64,000 nt of DNA. Source: Malacoraja senta. Its lineage: Eukaryota. The notes beneath the pieces were generated by a model. That model was not told the origin of the DNA. It searched no databases and worked only from the letters and a program-made list of their open reading frames with translations. How positions within the stretch are numbered: the stretch's first letter is position 1; every line of letters starts with the position of its first letter. The DNA is taken from contig JAXLNO010000630.1 in NCBI GenBank assembly GCA_038087875.1, positions 124,001 to 188,000 of the forward strand, written 5' to 3'. Both the position numbers and the translations under genes were made by a program. Below, in pieces: positions 38,618 through 51,900 of the stretch.

Positions 38618-41600
38618 AATAGTAAGATTAAACGAGAACTTATCAGTTTGAAGTTTGATCTTTATTTTATGAGGAGTGACGTTAGTGATGACGTTAGTGA
38701 AGACCCGTCAGGGCACCTGCGAGTCAATCTTCAAAGCAGCAGTGTGAAATCACAAACATCAAGAACGAAGTAATATAGTAACCTAATAAAACGAGTAAAT
38801 TAAGAACTTCCATCTGACCTTTATGATAGAGGGTTGGGCATGGTGGGCACGTAATCACCAACGAAACTCCTCATAAAATAAAGATCAAATTTCAAACTGG
38901 TAAGTTCTCGTTTAATCTTACTATGTTACTTCGGAGTCACGTGAGTGACTACGTGAAGATTTTAAAGCTTTGTGATTTCATGCCGCATTTGGTCAACTCA
39001 TTGGACCAAATTGGATTTCATGCCGCTGGGTGGTCAACTCATTGGACCACCCAGCGGCTGCGAGAATATGGTCGACGGGGACGTCCTTCGCCCTGGCTGC
39101 CGACGTTGCTGCTGCCCTAGACGAATGGGACGTAAAAACATCAGTGTTAATACCTGCAGCAATCAAGACTTGTTTTAGCCATCTTGAAATATTCTGTACT
39201 GAGACTCTCTTGTGTGGTTTCTTGTGTGTGATAAACAATCCAGTTTCCATATTTCGTAAGATCTTTGTAACCTCAATGTATTGTGACAAATATGTCTTAA
39301 TACATAGACATGGATCCGTTGGATATGCTGACAAAACAATTCTGAATCCTGTCACACCTGGCCTACTTTGTTTCAGTAGGTCATAAATGTAAAACATAAC
39401 ATTATCTTCAGCTACTTCCATCCTGTCTATTTGCAATTTAAGTAATGTCTGCACTCCCTGTGATGTTACTAATGCCATTAACATGACCACTTTCATACTG
39501 ATTTGGCCTAAGTCAAAGACGTACCAGGAGACCATTCACGAAGTAGCTTAAGAACCACACTTCCATCCCAGATTGCCATGTACCTAGGCTTAGGAGGTCT
39601 GTAATTAAAAATTCCTTTCATCAATCTGGAAACAAGTGGATGAGACCCAATAGGATTTCCTTCTGACTCCACAAATAAATATGAGGACAATGCACTCCTG
39701 GCTGAATTAATTGCACTATAACTCAAGCCTTCATCGTAGTAAAGTGTTGACAAAAACTCTAAAATATTTTGAGATATCTGCCGCACAATATTCAACATTC
39801 TTTTGAACACAGAACTTTCCCATTTCTTAATATAAGAAAGGTACTGCTTTTGAGTGCTCTTCCTCCAGGCTGCCGTAAGCATGTCCACAGTACGCCCAGA
39901 CAGTCCTCGCCCAAGAAAAGGCCTTCTTAAAACCTGCAAATGAACAAATCCAAACGATCATATAATGGATGTTGTTCTCCTGTTACCAGATGCAGTAGTA
40001 AATCTCTTCTTTTCGGGACTTTCATCAAAGGCTGTGTCGTCAATTCCAATATTAAAGGAAACCATGGCTGTGTAGGCCAATCTGGTACCACCAATACCCC
40101 TGAATATTGCCTGATTTTAAGCAAACACTGAGACTACTTGAGACATGTAGTATCCACCACTGCAAATCAGAAACAGCATTTCTTGTTAACTGCATGGCGC
40201 TATCAAAATGGCCACCATGCATCCTCAGTGCCTGTTCTTTAGCTCTCTGTAGCTGTTGGTAATGTAATGGCCCATATTGTACAACTGGAAAAGCTGCTAC
40301 TAATTTCCCCTGCACTCTAGCCACATGTGTAATTGAAGTTTTTTGCTCATTTAACAGCTTAATGCAATCATCAATCAACTCCACCCTTTTTTCACTGGGC
40401 AAAGTAATTTCCATGTGAACTGAATCAATTGTGAAACCCAAATTATCAATTGATGTACATGGTGTTAACCTTGATTTCTTTGGATGTATTATAAATCCCA
40501 AACTTTCAAAAGTGGATTTAACAACTGAAACAGATAATTCTGCTGACTCTTTTGTTCGTCCTATAATTAGGACATCATCCAAGTACGCCATTACCACATG
40601 CCCCTGGCCTCTCAGCAGTCCCAGAATTGTTTGTAATAATTTAGTGACTATTCTGGGAGCTGAAGTTAATCCATTAGGCAGAGCTTTAAACTGCCATAAC
40701 TGGTTCATCCAGGTAAATTTTAGATATTTTCTATCTTCCAAATGAACAGACACTGAATAATATGCATCTTTTAGATCTATAGTTGCCATATAACATGCTT
40801 TTGAAATAAGTTGCTTGGCAGTCACAAAAGTCTCCATTTTAAAGTGTCTAAATTGAACAAAAGGATTAAGACTTGTCAAGTCCAAAATAATCCTACATCC
40901 TCCATCCCTTTTAGGTCAGGGAAATATATTAGACACAAATTGGTGGGTTTGATAAACCGACTTTTCAATAACACCTTTATTATATGCACTTATTCCAGAA
41001 CCCAGCAGCTTTAATATTCTCTGCAGCTTTATTTCTTGAGCTCTCATAGTCATGCTCATCTGACCCCATATCACTTGGTTTACTGCTGGTGCCTTTAATA
41101 ATACGCAGTTCCTCGGGGTCTCGTGCTTTTTGGCAGTTTCATCCATTGCAAGTTGTTCCAGCAGATGGGATACCAAATAATTGATTGTGGAGGCCAACTC
41201 CTCTCCCAGTGGCTCTCCTGACCCTGACGGGGCATCGAATCGTACTGCCAGAGGTGGAATATCTGGCAGCTGCCGTTCTTCGCTTGAATCGGCCTCACCG
41301 TCAGAGTCGGGGTCAGAACTCTGCTGAGTGCGCTTTTCTCCAGTAGCCTGTGTATAAGGCTTTCCATTTGAGAGATCCGCTCAAAAGCGGTATCCAGCCG
41401 AGGAGTTACATCCATCTCTTCGGACTCCTCCTCCTTGGGCCGTATGGACTTGAATTTTGCCTTGCGCCCCACTGGCGCTGACTGAGTTATTTTCAACCCC
41501 AAGTTACAGTCGCTACGCTCCCAGCCGGCGACTGTACAGGGGTCTTAGGCGGCTGTTCGCCGACCGCAATATCGTGACTTTCCAACGGCTTTGCCGCTCG

Positions 41601-41804
41601 CCTCTATCCCTTGTCCGTTTTTTCCATGGCGCCTGTGGAAAAAATCCCCACAGACCCACAGCAAACGGACACGGAAATACCGAAAAACGTTTTTTAGTTA
41701 CCTTGTAATTTACGTCCGTTCGCGCCAATGCGTCTGACGTAATGACGCGCAGGCGCCCTGACGGGTCTTCTTCACGTAGTCACTCACGTGACTCCGAAGT
41801 AAAA
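38618..41804 (-). mobile_element. DIRS1-type retrotransposon, divergent subfamily with internal deletions
   Basis: Same terminal sequences as copy A (41770-41804 and 38618-38680; ICR ~38865-38960). ORF1 40916-41502, RT 40052-40885 (YLDD), MT tail 39927-40124, YR 39508-39939 and 38993-39535 (SHSSR, AAGWS). Confidence 0.93.
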
Positions 41805-41844
41805 TTGGCTTTGTATGAATGTAAATTGTCCCTAGTGTGTATAT

Positions 41845-44040
41845 GTCTAAATCAACAGATAGGTAAATAGGTGCATGGTCACTTAAATCTATTGTTCCAA
41901 TTCCACATCTATTGTTCCAATAACTTTATCCTTTCCAAATGTTATAAAATAGTCTATTCTTGTGTAAGGAGAGTGTGGGGGCCAAGTAATGTGTGTAATC
42001 CCTTCTATTAAGTTATTATTATTAGGGAAAAGGTCCCGCCATATATCAATTAAACCGACCTCTTTAAAAAGAGTTTTGACTTTCTTGTGTAAAGACTTTG
42101 TATCATGAGTTTTTCTATTGGACGAGTCTAGCTCTGGTTATAAATGTATATTTAGGTCTCCCCCACAAATAAGAAGGCCTTCCGTTTCCGTTATCATGAT
42201 ATTAATAATTCTCTGGAAGAAATTAAAATCACTTCCAGGAGGTGCATATACATTCAACAACGTAACTTGATTCCCATCTATATCCCCCCTTACTAAAATA
42301 AATCTACCCTCCTTATCACTCATTTCAAATACTTTCTCAAAATTTAACTTGCTTGAGATGAGAGTAGCGACTCCTCTCCTACATCCCAATATATATGAGG
42401 ATAAAAAGAGGTTAGTGAAACCCATTCTGTTAATTTTTTCGTGTTCTTTGTCATTTAGATGGGTTTCCTGTAAGTGTACTATATGGGCTTGTTCTTTCCT
42501 CATTTTAGTTAGAATTTTGCTGCGTTTAATTGGGTTTAACAGTCCATTAAAAGAGATGAATTTTACCTTCCCATTAGCCATTTGTATTTCACTTTCTGTG
42601 TATCAGTAACATGGTGAAATAAGACATAACAGATCTACTCCCTGAACAGACAGACAAGAACGAAAGATCATGAAAAAACAGAGGCGTAATTCGAAGGTAG
42701 GGGTCTCCTGTGGTTGACCCTGGGCTAGGCTTGAGGAAAAGCCTAGTGGTGGGGGAGAGCCTCTCTCATCTGTGAGCTGAGTCCCCCCCCTCCCCCTGCA
42801 GCATCCAAAAAGAAAAAACTCCGTCCATAAGCTGGAACAGACTTCCCTGTGCATTCCTCCCTTGTACTTATCTTCATTTAAATAAGGGAAAACAGTTGAA
42901 CGTAACAAATGAAATAAAGCACTGTCGAATTTTAAGTTCTGTTCTGCTTACCTACATGTTTAAAGTTATCCATATCTTAAAGCTCTTCTGAAGACGAGGG
43001 CTGTCTTCTGAAGACCCGTAGTCTCTCCGCGATGTCCTTCTCCCGCTCCTCGGCCGTCTCCTGCAGACTTGATCTTCCCACCATCTCCCACGCAGTGCGG
43101 GACAGTTGCTCAGCCAGGTCTCTTTCGGTGTGGTCACTCTGACGGGCAGTCCTCTGTTCCTCATGTCAGTGGTTGCCTCATCCAGCGTCTGGTACAGCCA
43201 TGTCTCGTCATCGTAAAATACTCGTAACTTGGCGGGGAACGGAGTCTGGAAGCGGATCTTGTTCTGCTTTAACACCCATTTCGCCTCAGAATATTATTTT
43301 TGCTTCTGTAGCACTGCTGGGGCGTAGTCTTGATCGAAGTATATTAGGCTTCCGCTCAAAAAGACTGGTTTCTTTCCCCAGGCCTTGCGCAAAATCTCCG
43401 GGAGGTTTCGGGATGAGGGATCAGTGCAATCTCTCGTTGTGAAACTCCGTGGTGTGTGGAAGTTCAAGTGTGTCCCGCAGTAGCTTATCCACAAAGTCCA
43501 CCATAGACGACCTCTCAGGTCCTTCAGGAACATTATATATCCATATATTCTCCCGTCTGGAAAGCCCTTCTTGGTCGTGTAGCTTGTTTTCTTGCTCGTT
43601 TATTACTTTTATCATCTAATCTAGCACTTACTCCATGTTTAGAACACGGTCTTCCACCCTTTCGAGCCGTGTCTCTGCCACCGCTATTTTTTGATTAACA
43701 TTGGTGAGTTTGCCCTTAATATCGATTAGCTGTTCTTTTGTGTCTTTGCGAAAGTCCGTATCTCCTCCAAAACAGTGGCTAAAATTAGCTCTACGTCTTT
43801 CTGGAGCGGGTTGGTTCTGGCTCTGCCATCTTTGACCTTTGTAAGTGAGCCGTCCGTGTTTCCTTCGTTTTCAGTGGCGCTTTTCTTGTTTACATCTCGT
43901 CTTCCCATTCTTGCCCATTTCATCAGGTCAGTTATTCTCAATACATATTATATTTGACAAACTAATGGGACTAAATAAGTATGTTTCGGAGGAGCTGTTA
44001 TCTTATGCTGCCATTCAGGATGGTGACGTCACCAGAATCT
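41845..44040 (-). mobile_element. Second L1 family, 5' portion only (ORF1 plus EN), degenerate
   Basis: ORF1 pieces (SRRENIWIYNVPEG, DQDYAPAVLQK, FQTPFPAKLRVF) and EN 42138-42581 (LQETH, LLNVYAP, GGDLN). Confidence 0.85.
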
Positions 44041-44461
44041 CTGTCTCAAAGCTGTTTTCAATAATTTTGCAGGCTATTTACTGCAGACTTTAGCTTTAAA
44101 AATTCTCAGTCTTTAAAGAAAGTTGACTTTCAAATAGGACAAAAGCAGCCGATCAAATCACGGTGCCTGGTCAATGATGTCTTCAATCTACTTTTCTTCT
44201 AATAACTCGTGTGGTAGATTAGCCTGCGACGGCGGATTCGTTGTTCCAGGATTCAAGCTTTTATCTCATTCATAGAGATTCTGCTTTCTTCTTCAGTTCC
44301 ACTGTAGAATCAGTTTTTTACTTGATGTAAAGGCAGTTTCTATAACTTTCTCAATGTCCAACTTTGATAGCCATTACTACTCGGGGATGTGGTGGAGATA
44401 TAGTTTACGCACTCACCGTGCTCTTAAGATAGCAATCTTCCAATCTTAAGAAAATGAATCT

Positions 44462-47400
44462 TTTAAAAAAAGTTTTTTGACAAGTATATCGGAATTGTTT
44501 GAAAAAGGTATAATATTTGCTGTAAGAAAATAATTTTTATGGCATTAATTTTGCCAACCATTGAGATAGGAAGTGTTTTCCAATACTGAATATTCTTATG
44601 TAGTTTATTCAGTAATGGGGGAAAGTTTGCTTTAAATAATGATGTATATCTTAGTAACATAAATGCCTAGGTATTTAAATTTTTCATTTACTATTTTAAA
44701 TGGAAATTGTTGTATTATATGTTTATTATGTTCCCTTATTGGCATAATTTCACTTTTATTCCAATTTATTTTGTATCCTGAGAGTGAACCAAATTGGGTT
44801 ATTAGCTTTAATAAGTTTGGAATACTAATTTCTGGTTTTGTAATGTAAATTAATACATCATCTACGTATAAAGAAATTTTATTCACTGTATCCTTTGTGT
44901 TATACCCATATATTTCCGGATGGGTCCTAACTCTTTCTGCGAGTGGCTCTATAACAAGCGCAAATAATAATGGAGACAACGGGCATCCTTGTCTACAACC
45001 TCTAGATAGGTTAAATTTAGATGATAACCTTTGGTTTGTTAATATTCTAGCCGTAGGGTTGGTATATAACAGTTTTATCCATGCACAAAATTTCTCGCCC
45101 AGCTGCAATTTTTCCATCACCGAAAATAAATAGGGCCATTCCACCCGATCAAAAGCTTTTTCAGCATCGAGTGAGATTATTGCTAGATCTTCATTAATAT
45201 TTCTCTTTGAATATATTATATTAAATAATCTTCTTAGATTGTAATGTGAATACCGCTTCTGAATAAAACCTGTTTGGTCAGGGTGTATTAGTTTATTCAT
45301 CACTGTACTTAATCTGTGCGCTAAAATTTTGGTTAGTATTTTCTGATCTGTATTTAAATGTGCAATTGCTCTATATGATCCTGTATCTTTCGGATCCTTA
45401 TCAGCTTTAGGAATAAGTGTTATTATAGATTCATTTAAGGTATCTGGAAGTTTCTGTTGAGTATAAATATGTTCATACAGCATTTGTAAACGTGGAGAAA
45501 GCAAATCATAATTTTTTTTATAGAATTCAGAGCCTAATCCATCTGGTCCTACTGCTTTACCATTTTTTAAAGATCCAATAGACTCTTCAATATCTTTTAT
45601 CGTAATCTCCGCTTCTAATAATTCTCTATCTTTTGAATACATTTTGTTTAGTTTATATTTCAGTGCAGCAATTTTATTATGTTTTGACATAGATGGCATT
45701 CTCGCATTTTCTATATCTAGTTGCTTTATTTCCCTTTCCAGTGTTTGTTGTTTAATCCGGTTCTCTTTGTTATAAAATACTTGGGCAGAAATTAATGCGC
45801 CTCGGACAAACGCTTTAAATGTTTCCCAAATAAGAGAGACAGATGAGTCAGGGTTGTCATTTGCCTCGAAAAATGTTTGAATCTGTTTAATAAGATATTC
45901 CTGACATGATCTTTCATTCAATATTTGTGGGTTAAATCTCCAATATGTTTGTTTCTCAGACATTCCATTTAATTTAATCATAAATGTTACAGGTGCGTGG
46001 TCTGAGATTATAATATTATGGTACTTTGAGTTATAAGTAAATGGGATAAACGTGGAGTCAACTAAAAAATAATCTATTCTTGAGTATGTTTTATGTACCG
46101 GTGAGTAAAATGAGTATTCCCGTCCAGTTGGGTTTTCAATTCTCCAGACATCCTTAATATTAGTGGTATTAATAAATGAATTTAAAAATACACTTGATTG
46201 AGATTTTACTTTTTTTTGCCTTGATGATCCATCTAAATAAGAGTCTAATGTACAATTGAAATCTCCTCCAATTATTAATTTATATTGTGTAAATTCTGGA
46301 ATTATATTAAATGTTTTATTAAAAAACATAGGATTATTAAAATTAGGTCCATATACATTAAGAAGAATCACTTTCATCCCATTTAACTCTCCAACTAATA
46401 TAATATATCTACCATCTATATCTGCTATTGTTGATGAATGTGTAAAAGGTATTCCTTTACGAATTAATATTGCAACTCCTCTGGACTTGTGTGAAAAAGA
46501 GGCATGATACGATTCAGCAATCCTCTTAGCTTTAAGACTATATTGCGATTCATTTTTAAGATGTGTTTCTTGGAGGAATATTATATCTGTCTTGAGTGAA
46601 TTTAAATGTGTTAAAACTTTACCTCTCTTAATTGGTTCATTGATTCCCTTAACATTCCAACTACAAAACGTTATTCCTTCACCCCCTCTTGTCATATTAC
46701 CATCTTGCATATTGTTTTAGGGTGGTCTATAGCCGAGCAGAAGGTACAACACATAAAACCTGACCTTGTCCCCGAACCTCAGATAGATGAATTTTAAATA
46801 ACATACTTCGCTCCTCCGAACACATCTCCTTGAATTAACCTTGTAGTTCCATTCAAACTTAAAATTATAACAATAATTAAAGTGAAAAAAGTGATATAGT
46901 TGATTAGTATAGGGTGAAAGAAAAAAACTACAACTACAATTAGTGTAGTTAGTGTTAGCCTTTGTAAAAGAAAAAAATCCTAGCACCGCGCTAAAAAAAT
47001 TTAAAAAAAAGATAATATTTCTAACAATCAAATAACTTCTTTGGGAGTTGCAAAATTTGTGTTTTTAAAAAAAAAAAAGGTAAACAACAGTAAAAGTTAA
47101 CAACGTTATTATTCTCTAAATACCATATTAATATCTTCTTTAAGTATATATTTTTAATTTGTAATTGAAAAATAAAGAGGAAAACCATCAGCCCTTATTA
47201 ATAGGTACACAAAAATGCTGGAGAAACTCAGCGGGTGCAGCAGCATCTATGGAGCGAAGGAAATTTCCTATTTCCTTCGCTCCATAGATGCTGCTGCACC
47301 CGCTGAGTTTCTCCAGCATTTTTGTGTACCTTCGATTTTCCACCATCTGCAGTTCCTTCTTTAACCCTTATTAATACATGGGCTAAATTACCTATTACTT

Positions 47401-48948
47401 ATATTCCTATGGAATATATGTATGTAATCTATTTCTATGTTAACCAGAAACTGTTAGTTATTAATCATTGTTATTAATCATACACGGTAAAAATATTTAT
47501 GAATAATATAGATTTAGTAATTTTAATAGTAATATTGATATTTAATAAGTATTAGTAGTTACATGTATGGTTAAATATGAAAATACTAAATAATAATAGT
47601 GATTAGTAACAATTGATCGTAACTGTGATATTATTGTTCTTAGAGTTTATACTAAACGCAAAGAATGAATAAAAAAAATTAGAGATATTAGGAGAATTTT
47701 TTTTTTTAAACCGAGAATCAAAAAAACCCAGGTTTTCTCCAATGTCCATTTCAATTTTCAAACGTCCTTAAAGCTCTTAAAAGTACTTTAAAGATCCTTT
47801 TAGACCTGGCGAAGTCCCGTTATTCCTTGACTCCTGAGGAGTGATGTATATTGTTCAGTCTGCGGTCACATTCCCGATGCCTTTGGCGAATTCCAGTGCT
47901 TTTTCATGGTCTGTAAAAAATTGCTCCTTGCTCATGTAGGTGACTCTTAATGTTGCGGGATAAAGCAAGCCGTATCTCAAATCCGCTATATTCTTCAGTA
48001 TTCTTTTTGTCTCAGTAAACAGCGCTCTTTTCTTGAAGACCTCCACCGGATAGTCTCTGTAGATACTGATCCTCACTCCTTCAAAAGAGAGGTCTCTGGT
48101 ACGGGCAATTTTCTTCATTATATCGTCAAATTCATGATCAAGTTGCACCTTTACTATAATTTGTCTTGGGTAGGCATCATCTCGTGTACGACGCCCTTGC
48201 GCTCTATGTGCCCGACCAAGTAAAGGTTTTTGATCCAACTTTAAGGCTTTTTGTAGTAGATCTGCCACAAAATCCCGAGTGCCCATATCCCTCTCACTTC
48301 CTTCTTTCACACCTACAATTCTTAAGTTCTGGCGTCTTTGACGCCCCTCCAGGTCGATACACTTTCCACTTAATTTAGTCACCATTTCGGAGAGGCGTTG
48401 ATTTTCGGTAAGGAGTCGATTTAAAGTTTCTGCGCTTGTCGCCACACATTTCTCAAGTTCAGTTATCGCTATAATATGTTGCTTCAGTGTCTGATGGATA
48501 GGGTCAATCTCTCCCTTAAGGCTCGATTCCACCAAAGCGATCCTGCCTTCCACCTCTTCCATCTGATCATTGACCTCGTCGTCCCTCGACCTCTTCCAGA
48601 CTTCCAATATATCCTGAACGGTAGAGAGCATTTCTGCTTTAAAATCTACCTTAAAAGAGTTAAGTTCCTCTTTAAAATTCAGCTTTCCTTCAAAGGTTTT
48701 CAGCTGTGTTTGAATATTTTATATCTCATCGGAGATAAAGTTTTTAAGTTCTTCCATTTCAGATTTTCTTGGCTTTGGTTTCTTCGACGGGTCTTCCTGG
48801 AGCATCGTTGTACCTGAGGCCGAGGCCTCGGTTGGGCCTACCTCTTCCGTCGGTTGTCTCGCTTTACTGGCTTTTTTTGCCACCCTGGGGGGGGGTATGT
48901 TGTATCGACATACCGGTAAAGTCGCACGCCTGATGACGTCACTCGCAG
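44462..48948 (-). mobile_element. L1-clade LINE copy 2 (duplicate of 915-7927), 3'-truncated
   Basis: ORF2 44632-46710 EN-RT (RQGCPLSP, YVDD) with an in-frame 276-bp deletion. ORF1 47855-48955 has a premature TAA at ~48720. Confidence 0.93.
47204..47364. mobile_element. Penelope-end fold-back insertion
   Basis: Perfect 61-bp inverted repeat (47204-47264 / 47270-47330) plus tail, flanked by a cccttattaata duplication. Empty site at 6324-6335. Confidence 0.85.
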
Positions 48949-51900
48949 CAGGCATTTTCTTTATTTTTAAACTGTACCTGGTTCCTTGTCAGCCACGGTC
49001 GCCCTTTACTCTCCTTGGAATATTTCTTTGTCTTTGGAATGAACTGATCCTGCACCTTCTGTATTATTCCCAGAATACCTACCAATGTTGTTCCACTGTC
49101 ATCCCTGCTATGGTATCTTTCCAGTCAACTTTGGCCAGCTCCTCCCTCATGGCTCCATAGTGCCCTTTATTCAACTGTAACACTGACACCTCCAATTTAC
49201 CCTTCTCCCTCTCCAATTGTAGATTAAACTTGACAATATTATGGTCACTACCTCCTAATGGCTCCTTAACCTCAAGCTGCTTTATCAAATCCGGTTCTTT
49301 ACATAACACTAAATCCAGAATTGCCTTCTCCTTGGTAGGCTCCAATACAAGCTGCTCTAAGAATCCATCACGGAGACACTCCACAAAGTCCCTCTCTTGG
49401 GATCCAGTACCAACCTGATTTTCCAAGCCTACCTGCATGTTGAAATCTCCCATATCACTATTACCTTAATTACATGCCAATTTTAACTCCTGAATCGACT
49501 TGCACCGTATATTCAGGCTACTGTTTGGGGGACTGTTGATAAGTCCCATTAGGTATTTTTACCCTTACAATTCCTTAGTTCTATCCATACTGACTCCACA
49601 TCTCCTGTTTCAATGTCACCCCTTGCAAGGGACTGAATTTCATTCCTCACCAACAGAGCTACCCCACCACCTCTGCCCACCTTGTCTGTCTTTTCGATAG
49701 GAGGTATCCCCTTGAATATTCAGTTCCCATCCCTGGCCTTTTTGCTGCACTGTCTCTGTAATTCCCACAAAAAAGCCGTGCGCGTGAGATTAGATTTAGT
49801 TTTAGACATGCAGAGTGTAAACAGCCCCTTCAGCGTACCGAGTCTGCAAAGGATATTTAAAATAAAAGGGCTGTTTAAAGTTCGCAAGCTGAATCTTTTT
49901 TTTTTTTAATCGAATTTGAAGGAAAAGTGAAGAATTATGATGAAAATGTTCCCAAGAGCTGGCATCATTCCGGGGAGTACTTGGTAATTTTGATAACCAA
50001 TTCCACAGAGATTTTTGTGTCTCCAATTCATGCTTCAAAGATACAAAAAGTTGTGTTTACAAGTGAAACTTTGACAAAGTCGAACCCTATTTTAAAAGAA
50101 TTTTAAATTAAAAGGAGTCTGCAGATGCTGTAAACGAGTTCATGTGGAAGAATAAGCAACGGTTGAACAAGCCAATTTATTTCATTTGAAGTGAAGATGC
50201 AATTTGTCTAATTTCAACTAGTTTGCCTGACCCATGGTTATTTGCCGAGCCACAAAGATATTCTTGTTCTCACCCCAACAACCAAAAAAGCATGATTCGA
50301 CCAAAACTGAATAGATTATTCTGCAGAGGCATTATTTAAGACTCGGCTGTACGCTGTTCTGTATCCAACATTCCAAAAGCACTCCCATAATTAACCCGTT
50401 TAAGAAGGAACTGCTGATGCTGGGAAAATCGAAGGCAGACAAAAATGCTGGAGAAACTCAGTGGCTGAGGCAGCTTGCATCTAGACGATGCCTCACCTGC
50501 TGAGTTACTCCAGCATTTTTGTTTACCATAATTAACTCACTCCCTTCACCCAGGAGATGGGTATATGGAACAAGCTGCCAGAGGAAGTAGTGGAGGCTGG
50601 TGCAATGGTATTTAGAAGACATTTGGACAGGACTATTTGGACTAATTGTCTGTTTCTCTAATATATACTGAACTTTTTTTGCTGTTTAGTAAGGGTTTTA
50701 CAGTGCAATATGTTTACACTACTGTTGTGCTGCTACGTAACCCGCTCCATGACACACTGAGGAGCACCTTCAGCAACAGACTATTTCCACCAAGATGCAG
50801 CATAGAATGCCACAGCAGATCCTGTTTCCTCGTGGCTATCAAACTGTACAACTCCATCCACTTCTATCATGGGGTAGTCTCCCCCCTCCCCCTCCCCAAT
50901 CTTTGCACATCCCCAATCCTTTCCACTCGTCACTTTAATTTCCTGTTTCATGTTTAGTTTATTTTAGTTTAGTTTAGAGATACAGCACGGAAATAGGCTC
51001 TTTGGCTCACCGGGCCCGTGCCAACCAGCGATCCACGCACATTAACACTAACCAGCGATCATCCCCGTACACTAGCACTACTCCACACACTAGGGACAAT
51101 TATAATGTTACCAAAGCCAATTAACCTACAAACCTCCACGTCTTTGGAGTGTTGTAGGATATCGAAGATCTTGGAGAAAGTCCACGCAGGTCACGGGGAG
51201 AACGTACAAACTCCGTAGACACAGTACCCGTAATCGGGATCGAACCTGGGTCTCCGGCGTTGCATTTGCGGTAAGGTAGCAATTCTACCGCTGCGCCACC
51301 ATGACCACCTTCACATTGTGTTTTATGACTGTTTGCAGATCAATTTCTGTCCTGGGATAGATAAAGTTCTATCGTATCGTAAAAAAGTATTTAATTGTTA
51401 ATTTTGGGACATATGACAATAAAGCACTCTTGACAGATACATGGATTGGATAGGTATGGAGAGATATGGAGCATATTCAGCCAGATGGGACGAGTGTAGA
51501 TGGAGCATCTTGGTCAATGTGAGCAAGACAAAATGTGCAGGAACAGCAGATCCTGTTTTACACTGAAGAAAGACACAAAATGCTGGAGAAACTCAGCGGG
51601 ACAGGCAGATTACAACAGCGATAAGAATATTAATTTCTCCACCTTCAAATAACCCTTGCCTTCCCTCTCTCTCCATCCCTCCCCCACCCTAGTTCAACTA
51701 GCTTCACTGTCCTGTGAAATGTCACCTATCCATGTTCTCCAGAGATGCTGCCTGACCCGCTGAGTAAGTCCAGCACTCTGTGAAATGTCACCTATCCATG
51801 TTCTCCAGCGATGCTCCCTGACATTTGCCGTTTCACATTGGGACCCTTTTGGTTTGAGTGGGCCAGTGGTGTAGAGAAGCCAAGACAGTTGTTGCACCAC

